Shown piece after piece: positions 57,454 through 64,000 of a stretch of 64,000 nucleotides of DNA. The stretch is from contig OX597827.1 of assembly GCA_951406725.2 (NCBI GenBank), positions 13,826,001-13,890,000 of the forward strand, given 5' to 3'. Under the pieces are notes generated by a model. The model was not told the origin of the DNA, ran no database searches, and saw only the letters and a list, made by a program, of their open reading frames with translations. The first letter of the stretch is position 1. Each line of letters starts with the position of its first letter. The position numbers and the translations under genes were made by a program. The DNA is from Octopus vulgaris. Lineage: Eukaryota.

Positions 57454-60400
57454 TTTATTAGACATTAACTCCTCCAATTCTGTTCTTCAGAAATATTCTT
57501 AATGCTTAAGAATTGAGCTAAAATTTTAACAAGAATATGAAATGGTAATCAAATTCTATTTCTATTTCTATTTCTGCAGCAAATTTTCAGTTAGATTGAG
57601 AATCAACGTAACTAAAAATCACAACAGAAATGCTGAAATGTTTAATTACAATAATTTATTGTCTAAAGTTTACTCTAAGTATAATATGCCATAGAATTAC
57701 TGAACTGAGGACAAATTTTAATGTCGCTTGTTGTGTAAAAATCTTCGAATCTATAGGCACTTCACTACTTCACTGAGTTTGAGTATGGAATGATACTCTT
57801 CAGAATAAATCTACACTCTTTATATTCTTTGTATGAAATATTTCTTAACTTATTTGTGCAATAAATGAAAAAACGTATTAAACCTTGTTTCAATATTCAT
57901 ATAGTTTCTTTTTAAATAAAATGCTGAAATATGAACTATGATTTTATATTTTGCAATATGTAAACACAGAGAAGGATTTCAATATTTAAAAAAAATCTAG
58001 TACAATCTTCTTTCATAATCTGCATTCATAACATTTAGTATAAGTTAACATCCATACATTAACATTATTCCTCATATTTGTGCTACAAACCTATTAGGAT
58101 GGTCTGCAAGCACCTTTTAAAGTTATAATCCATCTGTTCCATATATTTCTGTCAAAACTACGTTTTATTCTAACTAATGCTAACATTTTTTCACGCTCAG
58201 AGTTGCTGAAGCATGGAACAAACTGCCTGCGTCAGTTGTTGACTGCCATGACACTGCATCCTTTAAGGCCTTCATGCTTTCCGAAATCTGCCGAAACTAC
58301 ACCTGATTATACATACACTTTAGATGAGTTGTAGTGCACCTGAGCACTGTACACAATGTTTTTATTATTATTATTATTATAGCTGTTAACCTATAGCTTA
58401 ACTCCAGCACAGACCAACATTTATATTGTCTATAATCGAGAGCAACATTTGCTACCAATCAAAGAATCTTAATGTTGATAGTCAAATATACTAGAATCAA
58501 GACAGTAAAACCAAAGCTTTGTAATTTCTTAAAACAATGAAAGTGAAATCATACAACTATTTATGCCAAGACAATTCTAGAATATTCTTTCTTCTAAAAC
58601 TAAGAGACCAAAACTACATACCCGGGATCTCTTCATAGGGGCTGGTATCCTTTTTATGGAAGCTGTGCCCAGTGTTCTTAGGGGTAGACACAATTTTGGG
58701 ATAATAGTCCTGTGTTGATATAAATTTCTTTTCACTTCTTCCAGATGTTGCACCAACTTCTTGAATGCAGGCCTTGGCAGGAAAAGAAAATTGGTAAGAA
58801 AATTTATTTCAGGTGATATCTTAATAGAGATATTCCAATAAATATCATCCATGGGATGATATTGCTCAAGGCAGGTGAAAAATTAAACCACACTGCAATA
58901 TCGGAATCTCTAATTATTCAGAATAATGCATGAAAAGCACTGAATTTAGAATTTTCTAATCTGCACAAACTATGGAACAAAATTCTACATCAACCATCTC
59001 TTCTCTCTTCTTTTTCTACCACTACAACTACCATGGCCTCTTCTCTTGAGAACTGGCTGATCTCATGCCAATCTTCACACAGGCACTCCCAACTCATTCA
59101 TCTCTCCCTCTCTAGTCACTCATTTTGTGTCCAACTTCCAGGTCCCACACTAATTCCTACATCAGTCCTTCCTCTCCAGAACATCAAGACTCTGGAATCT
59201 CATCTCTATGTTTTTTTTGTTTTTTTTTTAAATTTCCTGCAGCCATAAACTTGAAGTTATTCAAAAGGAACAGTAACCACATTAGCCCCACGGGTCTCAG
59301 AGAGCCTTATGAGGGGGTGACAGGAATAGCCCTTTTCTCAAGACCGATCTAATGAAAATAAAATAAAACTCTGTAAACAGAAGCTAATAGTGTCCAAACT
59401 TAAACAGTACTGGCTATAATTAGTACAGAAACAAAAGTATGTTTTTTGAAACCAATCCAGTTTTAGATATAAAAGTCTCATAAGACGGCCCCCGGAGTTG
59501 CTCCAACTTTTCAAAAAAAGTCTTACATTCAAATTAGAGAAATGCAACATTCTTTCATAGATATTTATTATAGTTTTGTTATATTACAAATCATTTTCTT
59601 ACTAACAGATTTTTAAAGATATCTGTAGACTTTTATAGAAGCAATAAATATTAAAATCCCCTGAGAGATATTCCCCTCATTTTCTTTTTTTTTTTTTAAT
59701 CATAAATACTGCTGCATATTATTTTCTGAATTTCCTAAAAGAATTTTTCAGGATGTAGTGAAAGGTTTATACATAGATGTTTCTTCACGGGTGCTTCATT
59801 TTATTTTAATGATTCCTTTAAAGAAAAAGAATCTTGAAAATTCTGATTGATTAAACAATATTATTATTATTATTATATATTTTTTCCTTCTTCTTAAGCT
59901 TTTGAATTATTTGAGGAATATTTCTGCAAAGTTATATTATGGAGTAATGCCGAAAAATAAGAAAATAGAAGCATATGTGGAAAAATATTCTGAATAGATA
60001 TAAGAATAAATACAAGAACACACTTTATTCAGCCATATCTAAGTATGTAACAACCAAAACCTATTTTGTTTGATGTCAGAATCCATAGCTAAGATTCCAA
60101 AGTAACTAAGCATTCGTGGCCATTATTTTCAGTAAAAACTGTCCTTGCCTTTATAAAATAATAGACCGATAATTTTTCAGTTTTTGCTCATGTCAGTAAC
60201 AGCATGTTATTGATTACATGTAACTCAGGGCTTAGTTTAAATAAAGCCATTTATATATGGAAAAGAGACAGATTTCTAATCTTTTCTTCTGCACATAATC
60301 CATTCTTTTTCACTAGACTGCTTCAGAAACCTTTATCTTCGATTTGACTTCGCTACCTCTAAACTTTTATTATTCTTTACATTATTCCTAATGTTCAACT

Positions 60401-61471
60401 ATCAGCCTAGTTTCTCTCACTACATTCCCATCTATTCACTACAATCTACTCACTGCATTGATTCAGATTCTTCCTTCACAATACCCCATTCTTCTTTCTA
60501 CATCATCTTTTCCTTTCCATTACCTCTATTCTTTGATTCGTGCTTTTCTTCCCTCTGCTGAATGTCTCTTTTGTTCGGCTAACATTTACTCCCTTTTATA
60601 CTGATATATCCCACCAAATTTTTACAACAAAACAGCTTGGTGTTCAGTGGCACGTAACATTTTACCTATCTGGCAACATTTCTTTTCTAACAGGCTGGAC
60701 TGGCTATACAATACTCACTGGGCTTTCTTTGATAAACACTATCGAAAAATTTTTTTTTCCAATAATGCTATAGTTTATATATAAACGTTCCCTGGCAATC
60801 CTATAATATAAAACATGACTAACTACCACTTGAGTATCTTTTTTATGACTTTTTTTTAGTGTGGAAGAAGCGAGGTAGATCAAGGACTTAAGTGTATGAT
60901 TTACAAACTAGACACACACAATTTATGACCAGTAGTATGTGATTATATCTTGACTAGTGTTTTTCAGAATTTAAATAGATCACTGCAACTACTACTACTA
61001 CTACTACTACCACTACTACTACTACAAACCTATCATCAATTTGGCAGCAAAGTTGGTGTTAAACCACAAAACAGATACTTAGAGTTTTGTGTAAGGCATA
61101 CATGTGTGAATATAGTGATATATCGAAGAACTAGTGAAGTTGTGATACAATGAATTATGGATGTTAGCATCATTAATAAAAGAAATAATTTTACTTCATT
61201 TCATGATGTCTAACTATTGCTTTATTATATTGCTTGATTATATGAGTAGCATATAAATCACACTTTAGTAGTAATTTGACAAAAATATTGAACTATTGTT
61301 AAAGGTAGTCTCCATCCTATGATACAAGAAATGAGCAGCCATAGATGATATGAGCTAATCGACAAAATATTTTATCCATTCAATGTTTTCTTATTATAAA
61401 TATAGGAATTATAGGAAATAATATTTGGATTGAGCTAAAAAAAGAAAATTCAGAGACAAAGTAAAATAAGA

Positions 61472-61481
61472 AATACTTACT
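61472..61481 (-). other. 5' splice donor ending the protocadherin exon
   Basis: CAA|GTAAGTATT consensus donor, followed by low-complexity read-through codons. Confidence 0.8.
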
Positions 61482-63871
61482 TGGACTGATGCAGGCATTT
61501 TCCCAGGTGATGTTAATGATGTCCATTCGACAGGTAGCTCCTGCTCTGGGCAGAAATCCCTTCTGGATCTCATTGATGGTGTACTGTGATGCACCCCTTC
61601 TTCAGGGTTCTGTGTTATAGCAAAAGGATTGTTGCTTTGAGATATCATTAGACATTTCTCTCGTCCTGGTTGCATGGCTGGATTCATTGCTGCTGTATGT
61701 AGCATAGTTCTCCTTCTGTTACATCTCACTATACATATCGTTATTATAACAACTATAGCAATTGATATCACCACAGCCGTAACAACTATGATAATGACCA
61801 AGTTGATATCTATCATGTCACTAGATTGGATGTGAGCCGCTGTCAACATTGGGGATGTTCTGTTGCTGACAGTTAGCGTTAAGGACAGTGTAGTGGTTGC
61901 TGACAGCACTGGGCTGCCACTGTCTTTCACAACTAACAGAAGGTTGTATGATCCAGCATCATTTTGGTAAACTTTTCGAGAAAATGATAACATTCCGGAG
62001 TAAGTATTGACAGTAAATAACTGTTTCTCATTCCCAGAAATAATATTATACTTAAGGAAAGCATTTTCCCGACTGTCTCTATCTAAAGCTCTCAGGACTG
62101 TGATGTCATTCTTGCTTTGTGGGTGATAATGGACATCTAGGCTGAATGGGTTAACACTAGGAAATGTAAAGTATGGGGCATTATCATTCTCATCCATGAC
62201 CTCAACAATAACATTTGCTGTGTTACTAAGAGATGGTGATCCGTTGTCTTTGACAATTACTTTAAATGAATAAGATTTGTGTTGCTCACGATCCAGGGAT
62301 TTGATTGTGGAAATAAACCCATAATTTGTAATCTTGAAAGGTAATATCTGGTTTTTACCATTTTCCAAAGAATAAGCTAACTTACTGCCATCCCCTAGAT
62401 CAGGATCAGTCGCATTAATAAAACCAACAGGAAAATTTGATTTTTCATTTTCATAAGTAAGAAATTTAAAAGTGCTTTTTATAAATTGTGGTCTTACGTC
62501 ATTAACATCCATAACTTGAATAGAAAATTCTCTTTTAGTCTGTAATGGTGGACTGCCTGCATCTTCGCATGTGATTGACATGTCATAATGATCAGTCACT
62601 TCCCTGTTTACAGGTTTTTTCATAATTATTTTATATTCCTTTGAACCTAAATTCAAAAGCTGGAATTTATCATGGTTAAGACTGCAGCTAACTTCTCCGT
62701 TCTTGCCAACATCATTATCTATGACACTGACATAAGCAATAAAACTACCAACTTCAATCTTTTCAGAAATAGCGGCCAAATTTTCCTGCAGTTGTGAAAC
62801 GAAATTGATATCTAATTCAGGAGGTGTATTCTGTTGGTTAATCACATTTATTAAAACCATTGCAATGGAACTTAACGGAGGGTTTCCACCATCAGTTGCA
62901 TCAACAAACAGCTTATATGATTGTTTTTTACCCAAGTTTCTAATTCCTTGTGCATATATTTCCCCATTTTTTGTTAACTTGAATTTTTCTTTGGCAATTT
63001 CTGGCGTTTTGGAATTAAACTGATATGAAACATTACCATTATTGCCAGAATCTAAATCAGTTGCTGACAATACTAGTATGGGTACATTTGGAGGATGTGT
63101 GTTTTTTATAGAAATATTGTTCATACTATGAGAGAAAATAGGCCTATTGTCATTAATATCTGTTACAAATATCTGAACTTCTAAAATACCTATCTTTATT
63201 GGTGATCCTTCATCTTTTGCAATTACCTGGAGTTTATATACATCTTTCACTTCTCTGTCTAAACTTTTTTCTAATACAATTCCAAGTTTTGATGTGCCAA
63301 ATTCTTTTTCTGCTACAAAAAGTGTAAATGGTTCACCAGCACTTTTTCGTAAACGGTATGTGATCTTTGAGTTCAGAAGGCCAACATCTTTATCAACAGC
63401 ATTTGGAATTGATTTCATTGTTCCTTTCCTGTCTGTTTCAGAAAAATCTATTTTCACCAATTTTTTTGGAAAAGTTGGTTCGTTATCATTAACGTCCTTT
63501 ATGAAAACACGTACTTTTAGTACTTTGATAAAAGTTTCTGCTTGTCGAACAGCAATTTTGATAGTTTTGAAACACTCCGTGTTGTACATACAGAGGTGCT
63601 CGGCATCAATGAGCTGTGTTGTGTAAAGTTTTCCACTTCGAGTGACATTAAACAACGCTGTACTACTAGTTTGTCTTTGAGGCAGTTCATTAAATGTAAT
63701 TTGACTGTGGTCTTTAAGGAGCAAAATATGTATTTCCTGTGCATCGGTGGCAATGTCGCCTAAGTATGTCCCTGGTAGTTTGCCTTCCTCCACATAGTAA
63801 GTTAAGTCCACACTAGAACAACTGTGAAGGAAGGTAGAAACTACAAAAATATGGACAAACATATCCTCCAT
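61481..63871 (-). CDS. Pcdh: Protocadherin large ectodomain/TM exon (cephalopod-type expanded protocadherin family); CDS probably continues in downstream exon(s)
   Basis: 820-aa ORF with signal peptide (MEDMFVHIFVVSTFLHSCSS), six cadherin repeats (DVNDNEPTF, LDRE, DINDNRPIF, ATDLDSG, DVNDVRPQF, DENDNAPYF) and TM helix LVIIIVVTAVVISIAIVVIITICIV. A strong donor CAA|GTAAGT after ...PASVQ (phase 0, 797 codons) suggests the last 23 ORF codons are intron read-through. Confidence 0.95.
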
Positions 63872-63899
63872 TAATTCTAAATCAAAATATTAAATGATT

Positions 63900-63930
63900 C
63901 TGAAAAGAAAGAAAGAAAGAAAAAAAATTA
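63900..63930 (-). other. 3' splice acceptor upstream of protocadherin ATG (5'UTR intron)
   Basis: Minus strand reads ttttttttctttctttctttcttttcAG|aatcatt..., 28 nt upstream of the ATG. Confidence 0.65.
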
Positions 63931-64000
63931 TGATCAGTCATCTGGAATTGTTTTAGTAATGATTAATCTTTAACCATTCTACTAATAAATAAATAATGGA

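Noticed and set aside
62805-63763. Short ORFs overlapping the protocadherin exon
   Set aside because: Shadow frames of the real CDS

Overview
AT-rich animal genomic DNA, dense in microsatellites. It is most likely from an octopus or other coleoid cephalopod, inferred from the protocadherin type and the SINE landscape. The only convincing coding sequence is one large minus-strand protocadherin exon (61481-63871: signal peptide, 6 cadherin repeats, TM helix, start of the cytoplasmic tail). That exon has a splice acceptor just upstream of the ATG and a phase-0 GT donor at its end. The remaining ~61 kb is intronic or intergenic: microsatellites (the source of nearly all listed ORFs), several SINE families, piggyBac-like and Tc1/mariner-like MITEs, CR1-type LINE 3' ends and a decayed 5S rRNA copy. 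The most interesting hidden signal is about ten minimal type-I hammerhead-ribozyme motifs with palindromic stem III, from about 5 repeat families. They sit mostly in or beside (TA)n tracts, in tandem or in a long fold-back, as expected for Penelope-like or retrozyme-like elements. Several lie on the protocadherin sense strand, and one subfamily has a consistently non-canonical core. Other notable items are a candidate 5S-headed SINE sharing its body with tRNA-headed SINEs, a 104-bp target-site duplication, a templated inverted insertion and candidate cryptic exons. All alignments and counts were done by eye, and repeat boundaries are approximate.
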